DNA of 43,534 bases from a virus. Lineage: Duplodnaviria; Caudoviricetes. Every line of letters starts with the position of its first letter. Position 1 is the first letter of the stretch. Location: positions 1 to 43,534 of IMG/VR virus record IMGVR_UViG_3300032277_000012. One strand, given 5' to 3'. The translations under genes and the position numbers were made by a program. The notes beneath the pieces are model-generated. The model had not been told where the DNA came from and searched no databases. It saw only the letters and a list, made by a program, of their open reading frames with translations. Positions 9,819-18,934 of this stretch are shown here, one piece after another.

Positions 9819-11933
9819 ATGGCCGCTTTCACGAGGCCCCCGGGAACAATAAAGGTCACCTTTGGCAAGGGCGGGGACGTTTATCCCGTCATTCCGATCA
9901 ACAACCCAGGATGGACTTTGTCCTTCGACTTGAGCCCCCGGAAAGAAGACTTTGTCTTTACCAAGGAGGACGCCAAGAGAATCCTTGGTTTGGCGGCCGG
10001 TTCAAACGGTGACTTTGTCTTTACAATGGAGAATCACTTGCGGCTCAAGGAGCCCCTGAAGGTCAAGCGCTTGCGCGTTCTTGGCAAGGGCCGCAAGGTG
10101 AGCGCTTATTACACGACCTTGCGTGTTGTGGACCGCATGTATGACATTCAACAGACATGGAAAAAGCGGACTTACAACGAGCGTTTGGTGGGTGACACCA
10201 AGTTAATCCTCCAGGAGGGCAAACCGGCCCAGATCACACCGATCGCCAACGATGTGATTTACAGAAAAAGCACACTCAACCCCACCACCAACTCGCCTTG
10301 GACAGCGGCGGAAGTCGTAGAGGACGTTTTGGAGGACGTGGCCGGGACCAAGGGCGTTGATTGGGAGCTTCAAACCAACAACCTTCCAGACCCTCCAATT
10401 GAGTCCTTCTTTATTGACGACAAGGGCAACGTCGCGCTGGCCAAGGCGGCCGGAATGCTCACGGGAACCGAGGGCTTTTGCGACCTTGACGGCAAGATTA
10501 TCATTGGAAACCGCTTGCCCGGAGCGGCGGATTCAGTGATCAAGAACCTCGATCCCCCTCTTGAGGGAAGCACAGACTTGGAGTGGATTGACCGCAGTCT
10601 TGAGCGGCCAGCGGGTATTAAGGAGGGCTTCGACCTTGAGTGCGAGGTTCGCTTTGACGCTATCGAGCTACCGGGGAGCCGTGGAGACAATGACCGCTTT
10701 GCTAACAACGTTATCACCACGGTGGACACAAACACCCAGCTGGTGAAAAACGGTGAGCTTCTTGAGTTCCCAGCGGGGACGAACTTGACCCTTGGGGATA
10801 TTCTCCAAACCGTCCAATTTGAGTCCCCCAGGCCCGCGACAATTCCAAAGCTCAACTTGGCGGCCTTGCGTAGATTTTGGCTTTCGTCCAAGCTCGAAAA
10901 CCGTTACGTGCGCTTGAGAGGAGCCGTTCCGGAGCCAGACTTGGCATGGGCCAGGAGAATCGGAGTCATGCGGCGGGACTACCGCCAACAGTTCCAGATA
11001 AACCGACGCTGGGCAGACGCTTCACGCGATATAAAGGCCGAGCGGCTCTTGGTTATCTCAAAGGAAACAGGACAAAGGGCGGCGGCTGAAGTCTTCACCA
11101 CGGTCACCGTAAAGCCCTCACAAAAGGGATTGAGGAACGCTAGGGACAAGGGCCAGGACTTTGGTTGGGTTATTGACGGGTCGATTACCAAAAACCAGAG
11201 CCTTGCTGATTCAAGCGGAGCGGCTCCGGCCGTGGTGACTATGAAAAGCAAGGTCACCGGAACTTTTCGCGTGGATTACAACTTGGACTTGGTTGGTCTT
11301 TCTGCGCAAATCGTCCCCTCCGGCGTGGTGTTGTTGCCCAACTCGTCCCCACTCTCAAACCTGATTAATTGGGACAATGCCCAACTCTCCGTGCAACACA
11401 AGCTCGCGATTGTCTTGACTCTCATGCCCATGGTCCAGAGCTACGACGACTTAAACGTTATTGATATCACGCCCCAGGCGGCGCAAGCGGTTCTCCCAGG
11501 AATCCGGATTGGCTCTTGCAAGGGTCCAATCTTGCGGCGGCGTGTTCGCGAGGGCCTCTTGACTTCGCGCTACGGTTGGGATCCGGCAAGGGAGGAGGCT
11601 CTTAAGCGGACTTTCGGTCTAATCCAGACCGGAGAGCGCTTGAAGGCGGCCGACAACAACGAAGAGTGTACTGCCTTGGCTACTGCAGATGCGGCCGTTG
11701 TTTACTCCGGGCTAGCCGATCACTGGCTTGGAACCAAGGTCATACCGTTAAGGCCGGACCTTAAGCCCCTCGGTGAGATCTCAAGCGTCCGCCATTCGGT
11801 AAATGCCACCGGGAAGGCAACAACCGTTGTAAACTGTGAGTATGGCCCGCCACCTATCGACGGTCCCCTTGCTTTGCTTCCTCAGTCGTTTCAACGGTCT
11901 ATCTTCAAGCTCACCAACCCAAGCGGATCATAA
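9819..11933 (+). CDS. Putative tail hub/baseplate protein
   Basis: 704 aa; strong AGGAGG RBS; TAAEVVEDVL...GFCDLDGKIII and ISSVRHSV...TTV patterns resemble hub proteins. Confidence 0.5.
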   Translation: MAAFTRPPGTIKVTFGKGGDVYPVIPINNPGWTLSFDLSPRKEDFVFTKEDAKRILGLAAGSNGDFVFTMENHLRLKEPLKVKRLRVLGKGRKVSAYYTTLRVVDRMYDIQQTWKKRTYNERLVGDTKLILQEGKPAQITPIANDVIYRKSTLNPTTNSPWTAAEVVEDVLEDVAGTKGVDWELQTNNLPDPPIESFFIDDKGNVALAKAAGMLTGTEGFCDLDGKIIIGNRLPGAADSVIKNLDPPLEGSTDLEWIDRSLERPAGIKEGFDLECEVRFDAIELPGSRGDNDRFANNVITTVDTNTQLVKNGELLEFPAGTNLTLGDILQTVQFESPRPATIPKLNLAALRRFWLSSKLENRYVRLRGAVPEPDLAWARRIGVMRRDYRQQFQINRRWADASRDIKAERLLVISKETGQRAAAEVFTTVTVKPSQKGLRNARDKGQDFGWVIDGSITKNQSLADSSGAAPAVVTMKSKVTGTFRVDYNLDLVGLSAQIVPSGVVLLPNSSPLSNLINWDNAQLSVQHKLAIVLTLMPMVQSYDDLNVIDITPQAAQAVLPGIRIGSCKGPILRRRVREGLLTSRYGWDPAREEALKRTFGLIQTGERLKAADNNEECTALATADAAVVYSGLADHWLGTKVIPLRPDLKPLGEISSVRHSVNATGKATTVVNCEYGPPPIDGPLALLPQSFQRSIFKLTNPSGS

Positions 11934-11935
11934 TT

Positions 11936-14644
11936 ATGTCAGTAGTAAATGACGACGCGAGCGCTGGTTACCAGCACTTGCAGAACTTCCCCTCAAAAAA
12001 GACCGAGCTGGACTTGCGCGAGCTTACCACCGCGATAAGGTCCACTCGTGACGAGGACGGAGGATACACCCCGGTCATACGGACAAAGGGTCCTGTGGGT
12101 GGTGGTGTGGTTATGAAACCGTCTGGAAACCAGAACGAAGGCGGTTGGTGGGGCTATGCGATCCCCGTCAACACCACGGCTCCAGCAAAGGGCGCGGCCA
12201 CGGTGGCCCCCGGAACCGATCCAGGCGACCCCATGAAGGTTGTAGCTGGTCCTGAGTGGTCGGACTTGACAAAGCGAGTTCAACCGCAAAACGCCACGCG
12301 GCCAGTGCTTCAAAAGTTCCCCGAGGATTGGCCGGGCGTGGTTGTGGGTGGCTTCGACCCGGACGCGCAAAACCCAATGTTTGTCCCCGGCTTTGGTGGC
12401 TTGGTGGCTGTTCACGCGGGGAGCCCCTCGGACGTGGCAACGCTTGTTTATGACTTGGAGGCCAAGAAGCAAGACCTAGAAAGAAACGCGCGCCTTCACT
12501 CTCTCATGCGGGTCTATATGATCCCAGGCGGCGGTTGCGTCCCCTTCGTCAAGGGTTCAAAGGGAGCGCTGGCCTTACAGTATGGCCAAGCTTCCGACGA
12601 CATGCCGGGCTATGGAGCCATAGCAATGGCCAAGGGGGCACCACCCCCACCACCTAAGCCCAAACCAGGAGCGGCCGGGGTCGTTAATCCTGTACCCGTT
12701 CCCATGCCAGCTCCCCCAGCTTTCGGCCTTCAGATCTTAGGGGCGATGAGCGGGACGGCCGGGGGCCCTATCACGTCCGGCCCCCAAACCGACACAAAGC
12801 ACCGGCTTGCCGTGACACCGGACGGGGAGCCCTTCAACTCCGCGCATATAAAGACGTTGGCGCTTTTCTTGGCGGAGAACGATTTCCCTCTGGACGAGCA
12901 TGACGGGCCAATCCACTTCACCGGCCAGCTCAAAAAGGGTTTCAAGCCCCCCTTTTTAACCCTTGCCGATATTGACTTCAATCCAGAGCTTCCATACCAG
13001 CACCCTTGTGGGGTCCGAAATGGAAAGTGGATTATCAACAGTCGGTCTTATGTGACCTTGGTTGAGAAGGACAAAGGCAAGCCCAAGCCAGGAGGCGGCG
13101 GAGGTATGCCACTCCCTCCAGGAGGCGGAAAGAAGGGCGGAGGAAAGAAACCACAGCCCCAGCCACCGAAGCAACCCCAAGACCCGGTTATCATTCCGAG
13201 ATTCCCAAGCCCTCTACCCTGGGAGATCCCACAGCCCACTCCGTTTGGCCCTCAAAAGCCAACACCCGGCGGCTTTATAGTTCTTCCCAGGTCGGGGCCG
13301 GGGCCGGTGTTTTTGCCCCCAGAGCCCCGCGAGGTCTTCAAGAACCAAGCCCAGGACTTGTCATACATAGCGGCAGGTCTGCTTGGGGCCGGCAATCCAG
13401 AGCCGCAAGGCTTGCCCGACTTGAAAGCGGGTTTAGGGTTCCGTGGCCTTCCACCAACTCCCGAGCCAGTCCGAGGATTTGCCACGTTCGAGGAATCCCA
13501 GCGGGACGGCCTTCGGCTTGACTACTTGGCCATGTTCCGGCCAGCTCAACCAATCGCCAACCAAATTCCCGCCTCGTTTGTGGAAATGCCCACGGTTCTC
13601 CAGGGGACGGTGGGGGAGGCCACGGAGTTCTCAAGGCGCCAAGGTTGCCTTTTACCGAGCAGCAACCCCACGGCCTCCACACCGCTTGACACGGGTGTGA
13701 CCAGTCAAGTGTACCAATCTATGTATTACGGCAAGGAGCAACCCGACTTAAGGACCGACTACGAGCATGAGGAAATGGTTGCCTACGCGGAGAATCACCT
13801 TGGTCCTACGGTTGGCCGGTCCGACGTTATTTCAGCTCAGACCACGGGCCGGGCTTTCAGCTGGACTAAGAAGCCCGGAGAGTCGCCCTATGCTCGGGGT
13901 TCCGCGAACGGGGCCAAGGTTTTCTCTCCTCCTGAAGTTCGTTTACCATGCCTTGAGGCCCCAGGAGAGAAAAGCACTTTCCGTCATATCTACACCGAGG
14001 GCACCAGCGTAGATTTTGGTTTACCCGATCTCGAGACCGGCAGCTCGAAAAGCGCTTTCCGAATGTCCAAGGGAAACAACGGCTTGACCTTTGAGGAGAT
14101 CGACGCGGCCGGGGCGGCCGTTGCTGATCAAATGCTGAATTTGCTTGAAGGTGGTGACTTGAACCTTCAGAGCGACTCCGGGATTACCAGCTCAATAGGG
14201 ACGAGTGGAGGGTCCCCGGCCGTTCTAAGGATCGCGAGTTCAAACGGAACCTTGGCAAGCCCCACGGACAGCTCAGCCAGTGACTACGTTGGGGAGCTTC
14301 AATTCTTCGGCTACGAATCTTTCTCACAAGAGATCGCCAATATCAGGGCTAGATATGAGGCAGCGGGGCCTACGAGTGTTTTAGAGCTGAAAGCATACAA
14401 GTCTGGCATTGCCGCGTCCGTCTTTATTGTCGGAACTGGTCAAGTTGCCATGGAGGGCGACTATATAGAGTTCGATAGCGGATCGTCGGCGCCTACTCAG
14501 ATAACCTCTCAAGGCACAAGCGGCGGCCTTAAGCAGCAGTCCTTGCAGCATAGAGTCGGAACAATCGCGAATTTGGACCAGTTAGGTTCTGGCGCGGAGT
14601 CAGGTTATGATAGCTTTCAATACGCAATGCTTACGGGGTTTTGA
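11936..14644 (+). CDS. Putative central tail fibre/spike with Pro/Gly/Lys-rich linkers
   Basis: 902 aa; C-terminal SNGTLASPT...DYVGELQFFGY fibre-type motif; polyproline segments. Confidence 0.55.
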   Translation: MSVVNDDASAGYQHLQNFPSKKTELDLRELTTAIRSTRDEDGGYTPVIRTKGPVGGGVVMKPSGNQNEGGWWGYAIPVNTTAPAKGAATVAPGTDPGDPMKVVAGPEWSDLTKRVQPQNATRPVLQKFPEDWPGVVVGGFDPDAQNPMFVPGFGGLVAVHAGSPSDVATLVYDLEAKKQDLERNARLHSLMRVYMIPGGGCVPFVKGSKGALALQYGQASDDMPGYGAIAMAKGAPPPPPKPKPGAAGVVNPVPVPMPAPPAFGLQILGAMSGTAGGPITSGPQTDTKHRLAVTPDGEPFNSAHIKTLALFLAENDFPLDEHDGPIHFTGQLKKGFKPPFLTLADIDFNPELPYQHPCGVRNGKWIINSRSYVTLVEKDKGKPKPGGGGGMPLPPGGGKKGGGKKPQPQPPKQPQDPVIIPRFPSPLPWEIPQPTPFGPQKPTPGGFIVLPRSGPGPVFLPPEPREVFKNQAQDLSYIAAGLLGAGNPEPQGLPDLKAGLGFRGLPPTPEPVRGFATFEESQRDGLRLDYLAMFRPAQPIANQIPASFVEMPTVLQGTVGEATEFSRRQGCLLPSSNPTASTPLDTGVTSQVYQSMYYGKEQPDLRTDYEHEEMVAYAENHLGPTVGRSDVISAQTTGRAFSWTKKPGESPYARGSANGAKVFSPPEVRLPCLEAPGEKSTFRHIYTEGTSVDFGLPDLETGSSKSAFRMSKGNNGLTFEEIDAAGAAVADQMLNLLEGGDLNLQSDSGITSSIGTSGGSPAVLRIASSNGTLASPTDSSASDYVGELQFFGYESFSQEIANIRARYEAAGPTSVLELKAYKSGIAASVFIVGTGQVAMEGDYIEFDSGSSAPTQITSQGTSGGLKQQSLQHRVGTIANLDQLGSGAESGYDSFQYAMLTGF

Positions 14645-14646
14645 TT

Positions 14647-14982
14647 ATGACAATGGTTTCTAAGCAGCTTGGACAGATCGCGATTGCAACGGGGGGAACC
14701 CCGGAGCAGCTTTATTCTCCAGGGGCAAGCACCACGGGCATTATTGCTCAGATCACGGTCTGCAATCATGGCGCGGCGCCAATTGCATACAGGATCTATA
14801 ACGACGACAACGGGACAACCCGTACCACAGCCACGGCCCTTTATTACGACGTGACTTTGCCAGCCAAAAGCACGGACACTCTCAAGGTTCACATAGCTTT
14901 GAATGATTCGAGCGGTGAGATAGCCGTAGAGTCTGATATCGCTACTGTGACTTTCACAGCAAGCGGGGCGGAAATATCATGA
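14647..14982 (+). CDS. Small fibre-associated beta-sandwich protein
   Basis: LYSPGASTTGIIAQITVCN...LYYDVTLPAKST...SGAEIS pattern typical of small proteins following phage fibres. Confidence 0.55.
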   Translation: MTMVSKQLGQIAIATGGTPEQLYSPGASTTGIIAQITVCNHGAAPIAYRIYNDDNGTTRTTATALYYDVTLPAKSTDTLKVHIALNDSSGEIAVESDIATVTFTASGAEIS

Positions 14983-15749
14983 ATAGCCCAGGTTATAGAC
15001 TTCCCAGGATTGATACTCCTTACTTTTCAAGAGCAGCTCGCGGTGAAATTCCGGGAGTTTCGGTTGTTCGCAAGTTTGGAAGGAATGCGGACGTTGGGGG
15101 CTCATTCGAACCTGTATGGCTACACTCCGGGAATCTTAGTCTATTCGGACCCAGTGGCTTGACGGTGGCCGTTTCAAGCTCTAAGGGGGACGATAGCTCT
15201 TCTGGTGCCGGGGCCAGAACCATAACTATCACAGGCGTGGATTCAAGTTGGGTGGCGCAGACTGAAGTGCTGACACTAAATGGAGGCTCGACAGTTACAA
15301 CAGCTAAAACATGGGGCTGGATAAACTCGGTGGTGGTCGCCACGGCCGGAAATGACAGGGTGAACGTTGGCCAAATAACAGGCGTTACCACTGGATCCTC
15401 TCTACCAGCGTTCATTATTGCAGCTGGCCAGGGCCAAACACAACAGTGCATATATGCGATTGAGACGGGCAAGATATTAGAGGTTCATAGGGTTCGCCTT
15501 AGTTCAAACGCTTCAAAAGAAGCAAACTTTCAATTTGGCCTTGATCTAGACCCCATGAATTTCACGGCCCCGGTTGTCAGCCGCCGATACATTGGGAACG
15601 TAGACGGAGTTGTCGGGGATTATCCTATTGACTTAAAGCCCCCAACGGTTATACCGGGGCCGTCCTTGCTTTGGGTTGAGGGCCAGCTTTCAAGTGGTGG
15701 AGGAAGCGGGGGATCTTTGACAGCGGCTTGGGACGGCCTCCTAAAATGA
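14979..15749 (+). CDS. Hypothetical tail-associated protein
   Basis: RGEIPGVSVVRKFGRNADV...GAGARTITITG...GQTQQCIY pattern recalled from phage hypothetical proteins; ATGA coupling. Confidence 0.6.
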   Translation: MNSPGYRLPRIDTPYFSRAARGEIPGVSVVRKFGRNADVGGSFEPVWLHSGNLSLFGPSGLTVAVSSSKGDDSSSGAGARTITITGVDSSWVAQTEVLTLNGGSTVTTAKTWGWINSVVVATAGNDRVNVGQITGVTTGSSLPAFIIAAGQGQTQQCIYAIETGKILEVHRVRLSSNASKEANFQFGLDLDPMNFTAPVVSRRYIGNVDGVVGDYPIDLKPPTVIPGPSLLWVEGQLSSGGGSGGSLTAAWDGLLK

Positions 15750-15772
15750 TTACTATAATTACAGGAGTGACC

Positions 15773-16048
15773 ATGTTTTATATTGAAGTCTTGGCCCAAG
15801 CGGCTCCGCCAGAGGTTGACGGGCAACTGGCAAACGTATTAATGTGGTTGTTGGGGTTGGCCATTACCGCTATTCTTGGTTTGGCTACGGCCTACATGAA
15901 ACGTGAGATTAGTTACCGGGCGGAACACAAAGAGCTTCACGACGATAATAAACAGCAATCCGAGGCCGTTATCATTGCTTTGACCAAGGCCACGGAGACT
16001 ATAAGTCGTTTTGAAGCCGAGATAAAAAGGTTGAAAGACAATGGCTGA
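15773..16048 (+). CDS. Single-TM plus coiled-coil membrane protein (holin- or spanin-like)
   Basis: Hydrophobic LANVLMWLLGLAITAILGLATAY followed by a heptad-like helix; AGGAG RBS. Confidence 0.5.
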   Translation: MFYIEVLAQAAPPEVDGQLANVLMWLLGLAITAILGLATAYMKREISYRAEHKELHDDNKQQSEAVIIALTKATETISRFEAEIKRLKDNG

Positions 16049-16241
16049 AAATGCTTGTAGATCGTTTTGGAACTACCAAGGGGACAAGAGGGCCGACGAG
16101 CGGAGCCAGTCCAGAACACGGATAGCGGCGCTCACTCAGAAGCTCAAGAGCCTCACCAAGGACCGGACAAAGCTTCAAGAGGAAATTCACTCTATTGAGA
16201 CTGAGTTGACGGCCTCGGGTGAATCCTTGGAAGCTGCATAA
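16041..16241 (+). CDS. Small coiled-coil protein
   Basis: Overlaps previous gene by 8 nt; heptad pattern IAALTQKLKSLTKDRTKLQEEI. Confidence 0.5.
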   Translation: MAENACRSFWNYQGDKRADERSQSRTRIAALTQKLKSLTKDRTKLQEEIHSIETELTASGESLEAA

Positions 16242-16290
16242 AAGGGGGCTCCCCCCGGTAGTGAAAGCGAAAACCCTACCAAGGGGAGCC
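16238..16290 (-). terminator. Stem-loop/terminator at the convergence of late and early transcription
   Basis: 15-bp stem 16247-16261/16276-16290 (two G-U pairs on the minus strand), followed on minus by CCCTTTTAT. Confidence 0.6.
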
Positions 16291-16327
16291 GAGAGAAGAA
16301 AAGCCGAACAACGGCCATTCAGGAAAT

Positions 16328-16639
16328 TTAGCGTTTGGCTCGGTCGAGCCTTTCCTTGAGCGTGGAAATACGCTCGTCTTGGTCCTTTATGTGAGCCAGG
16401 AGCTTGGTGACGACTTGGAGGAGCTGCTCGGCCTCGTCTTTGTCGTAGATTACAAAGCAGCTGTCAGGCGCGTCATAAATGGCCCTCATGGTCTTTACGG
16501 CGTCCAACATGTCTTGAGGGTTGGACAGCTCCTCGCCCTTAATAGATCTCCAAATGGCCCTAATGTTTTCGAGGGTCAGGTGGCGCGAGCGCTCAAGGAT
16601 TAGCTTCAGAGACTCGATTAGCAAGATCTCGCTATTCAT
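16328..16639 (-). CDS. Hypothetical protein, C-terminal coiled coil
   Basis: Start reassigned to ATG 16639 (ATGA overlap with upstream gene). Confidence 0.6.
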   Translation of the reverse strand: MNSEILLIESLKLILERSRHLTLENIRAIWRSIKGEELSNPQDMLDAVKTMRAIYDAPDSCFVIYDKDEAEQLLQVVTKLLAHIKDQDERISTLKERLDRAKR

Positions 16640-17031
16640 ACTCGCCGCCACGTTGGCTTGCGCTTGACGGTGAAGGTTTGGCCGTTTCTCATGAGGCTCT
16701 GAATCATTGCCTTGGCCACCCACGGGCTAAAACGGCACTCACTCTCAAAGATATGTTTTTGAACGTAGGCCGGGGCCTCCACCACCTCCACCCCTTCATG
16801 GTCGTAGGCCAGAGTCACCGGACCCTCTCCAGCTGCCAGGAGTTCAAAGCGGCGGTTTATTGACTCACGGAGGCAGCTCATTTCAGATATGACGAGCGGG
16901 TTTCCTTGGTCCCCCAGGAGCATGACTTGGAGCCGCAAAACCTTCTCCATAATCATAGGGTCTTTGGTGTCAACGGCTTGCTGGATAAAGGCCTTCATGC
17001 CTGAAATGTCCTGATCTTCAATGACGATCAT
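16636..17031 (-). CDS. Hypothetical protein
   Basis: ATGA-coupled on both sides. Confidence 0.65.
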   Translation of the reverse strand: MIVIEDQDISGMKAFIQQAVDTKDPMIMEKVLRLQVMLLGDQGNPLVISEMSCLRESINRRFELLAAGEGPVTLAYDHEGVEVVEAPAYVQKHIFESECRFSPWVAKAMIQSLMRNGQTFTVKRKPTWRRV

Positions 17032-17210
17032 GCTTCTGCTCGATTCGTTTTAGAGTGTTCGAGGAAGTCCTCCATGACCATGTTATAGGAGGTCATGGCG
17101 TTGGCCCCGGTGTCCCGGTAAGCCTTGTATTTCTTGGCCCAGGTGGGGCCCATTCGGTCTACGCGCTTAGCGCATTCCCAGATACCGCCGGGCTTAGGTG
17201 GTGGCTTCAT
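17028..17210 (-). CDS. Hypothetical small protein
   Basis: AGGAG RBS; coupled in operon. Confidence 0.55.
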   Translation of the reverse strand: MKPPPKPGGIWECAKRVDRMGPTWAKKYKAYRDTGANAMTSYNMVMEDFLEHSKTNRAEA

Positions 17211-17745
17211 GGTTGGCTCCTAAAAACTCTGAGGTTGGTGTGAGGTCTGGGATCCTCCCAGCGCAGTAAGCGAGGGTGACTTGGCCCCGGTCAATGGACT
17301 CCAGGGCAAGGCTTAGAATTAGGTTGTCGAGTTGGGCCGGTGTCAACTCTTCCTCAATCCGCTGGTTGTTGTCCCAGTCGAAGAGCATGACTTCAAACGA
17401 CTCGTATGAGCTCATACCAGCGGGGAGAAACTTCTTGGGTTGGCAGTGGAGACCCTCCCCCGCCACTACGGAAAGCTCGCATTGGCCCACGACAATCCGG
17501 CGGTTCCATTTGCGGTGATCTAGGGGCGCGGCGCCAACGATTTGAGCTACGCTTCTGCTGAGTTCGGCCAGTGGCGAGTTGTGAGCTTTCTGGCCATAGA
17601 CGCCTTCCCAGACGACTTTCACGAGGTGCTTCAAGATCTCCGCGCGGTTCCCTTGAGCCCGGTAGGCTCGGAGGAGGTGAAGGAGGCTTTGCTGGTCATT
17701 TCTGATTTGATAGGAGCGCTCTAGCGCCCTTGTCCTTTGGTCCAT
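17194..17745 (-). CDS. Hypothetical protein with helical N-terminal leader (MDQRTRALERSY...)
   Basis: GAAAGGA RBS before ATG 17745. Confidence 0.65.
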   Translation of the reverse strand: MDQRTRALERSYQIRNDQQSLLHLLRAYRAQGNRAEILKHLVKVVWEGVYGQKAHNSPLAELSRSVAQIVGAAPLDHRKWNRRIVVGQCELSVVAGEGLHCQPKKFLPAGMSSYESFEVMLFDWDNNQRIEEELTPAQLDNLILSLALESIDRGQVTLAYCAGRIPDLTPTSEFLGANHEATT

Positions 17746-17759
17746 GTCGGTCCTTTCTA

Positions 17760-17775
17760 GGGGCCCGGAGGCCCC
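17760..17775 (-). promoter_or_regulatory. Intercistronic cUCCGg tetraloop hairpin, copy 1
   Basis: GGGGCC-TCCG-GGCCCC on minus strand between a stop codon and the next RBS. Confidence 0.55.
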
Positions 17776-17786
17776 GGCGGAGGGTT

Positions 17787-18695
17787 TTAGGCTTGGTGGT
17801 AGAGCTTTGGCGAGCGGATTTGGCAGCGGCCCGCGTTCGACCACTTGCCCTCTTTGCGGTGTTGTTGGACACCGTCCGCGCCAACCCGGAACCCGCGCCA
17901 CTTGGAGCCTTCAAAGTCGTTCTCCGAAATCCAGGTGTCCATGGCCTTCTCGGTTCCGCGAGGGCCAGAGTGGTTGTAGGCTTTGCCCTTCTTGTGGTCA
18001 CCCTTGGAGACCAGCACACCCCAGTAAGTGAAGATAGGAGCGGGGCCCTCTGAGGCTTCAGGAGCGGCCTTGGGAGCCTTCTTGGCCTTCTTGGCTTTCT
18101 TCTTTGGAGCGGCCTTTGGAGCCTCCTTGGCGGCCTCTTTGGCTTGCTCTTCGGCCAGCTCAAAACAGTCGTAGCAAAGCGCTTGGTCGCTTGGCTCGTG
18201 GTAGCCAGCCAGGACCATGGGAGCGTCAACGTGTTTGAAGTGGAGCGGGACAATCCCAGCTGTCATTTCTACGGCGTTGATTTGGCAACCCTTCTCACAG
18301 TGGTCACAAAAGCTCAAGGTTCCCAGGTAGCGCTTGCCGCTTAGTGTCCAGGTGATATCGTCGCCTTGTTTGAGGGCTCCAAGCTTGTGCTTTTTGGGAG
18401 CCTTCTTGGCCTTCTTAGGAGCCTTCTTGGCGGCCTTCTTGGCGGCGTCGGCTTCAAAGGCGGCTTTGATAGGGTCAACGGCTTTCATGAGCTTGGCTCC
18501 TTTTTGGACTTGTTCAACGGTGAGCTTGGCACTCACAACGGACTCTTTGGCAAGCTTGCGCTGGACGCGGACGGCTCCACGGAGCTGAGTGACGGTTTTG
18601 ATCATGTCCAAGTTGCCTTGGTCAAAACCGTGAACCTCGCGGAGTTCTTTGCGGCAGTCGGCGGCTTTCATTTTAGAAAGGGGGAGGTTTTTCAT
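17787..18695 (-). CDS. Basic protein with histone H1-like AKK/PKK repeats and a putative zinc-binding CxxC pair
   Basis: AAKKAAKKAPKKAKKAPKK and AAPKKKAKKAKKAPKAA tracts; CDHC...CYDC. Confidence 0.7.
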   Translation of the reverse strand: MKNLPLSKMKAADCRKELREVHGFDQGNLDMIKTVTQLRGAVRVQRKLAKESVVSAKLTVEQVQKGAKLMKAVDPIKAAFEADAAKKAAKKAPKKAKKAPKKHKLGALKQGDDITWTLSGKRYLGTLSFCDHCEKGCQINAVEMTAGIVPLHFKHVDAPMVLAGYHEPSDQALCYDCFELAEEQAKEAAKEAPKAAPKKKAKKAKKAPKAAPEASEGPAPIFTYWGVLVSKGDHKKGKAYNHSGPRGTEKAMDTWISENDFEGSKWRGFRVGADGVQQHRKEGKWSNAGRCQIRSPKLYHQA

Positions 18696-18747
18696 GGTTG
18701 TTTTCGCTTTCGTTTTTGTGTTGTTTAAGTGACTTGTCCTGCCCTTA

Positions 18748-18829
18748 ATTATACACCCGTCCCGCGTAATTACAAGAGAGTCTTTGGATTATTTTAAGAT
18801 TGTCTTGAGCCAGTAAACATGCGGGCTCT
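18748..18829 (-). promoter_or_regulatory. Leftward sigma70-type promoter module, copy A
   Basis: TTGTAA(18770-18775)-16 bp-TATAAT(18748-18753), CAAAGAC box and upstream 24-bp element shared with 20558-20642. Confidence 0.7.
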
Positions 18830-18899
18830 AGAGCGCTTTTGCCGTCTGGATAAAAACAAATGTTCAAAAAGTGTTCGGAAATTAAACTTTGGATTTGTC

Positions 18900-18934
18900 A
18901 AAAAAAAGCCCGAGTCCTAGAAGTGACAATCGGG
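18900..18934 (-). terminator. Intrinsic terminator of the 20520-18917 operon
   Basis: Minus strand CCCGA(tt)GTC-loop-GACTCGGG followed by CTTTTTTTT. Confidence 0.55.

Noticed and set aside
17696-18728. Overlapping alternative-frame and antisense ORFs over the H1-like gene (and similar shadow ORFs genome-wide)
   Set aside because: Stop-poor shadows of GC-rich, repetitive coding sequence; no RBS or motifs
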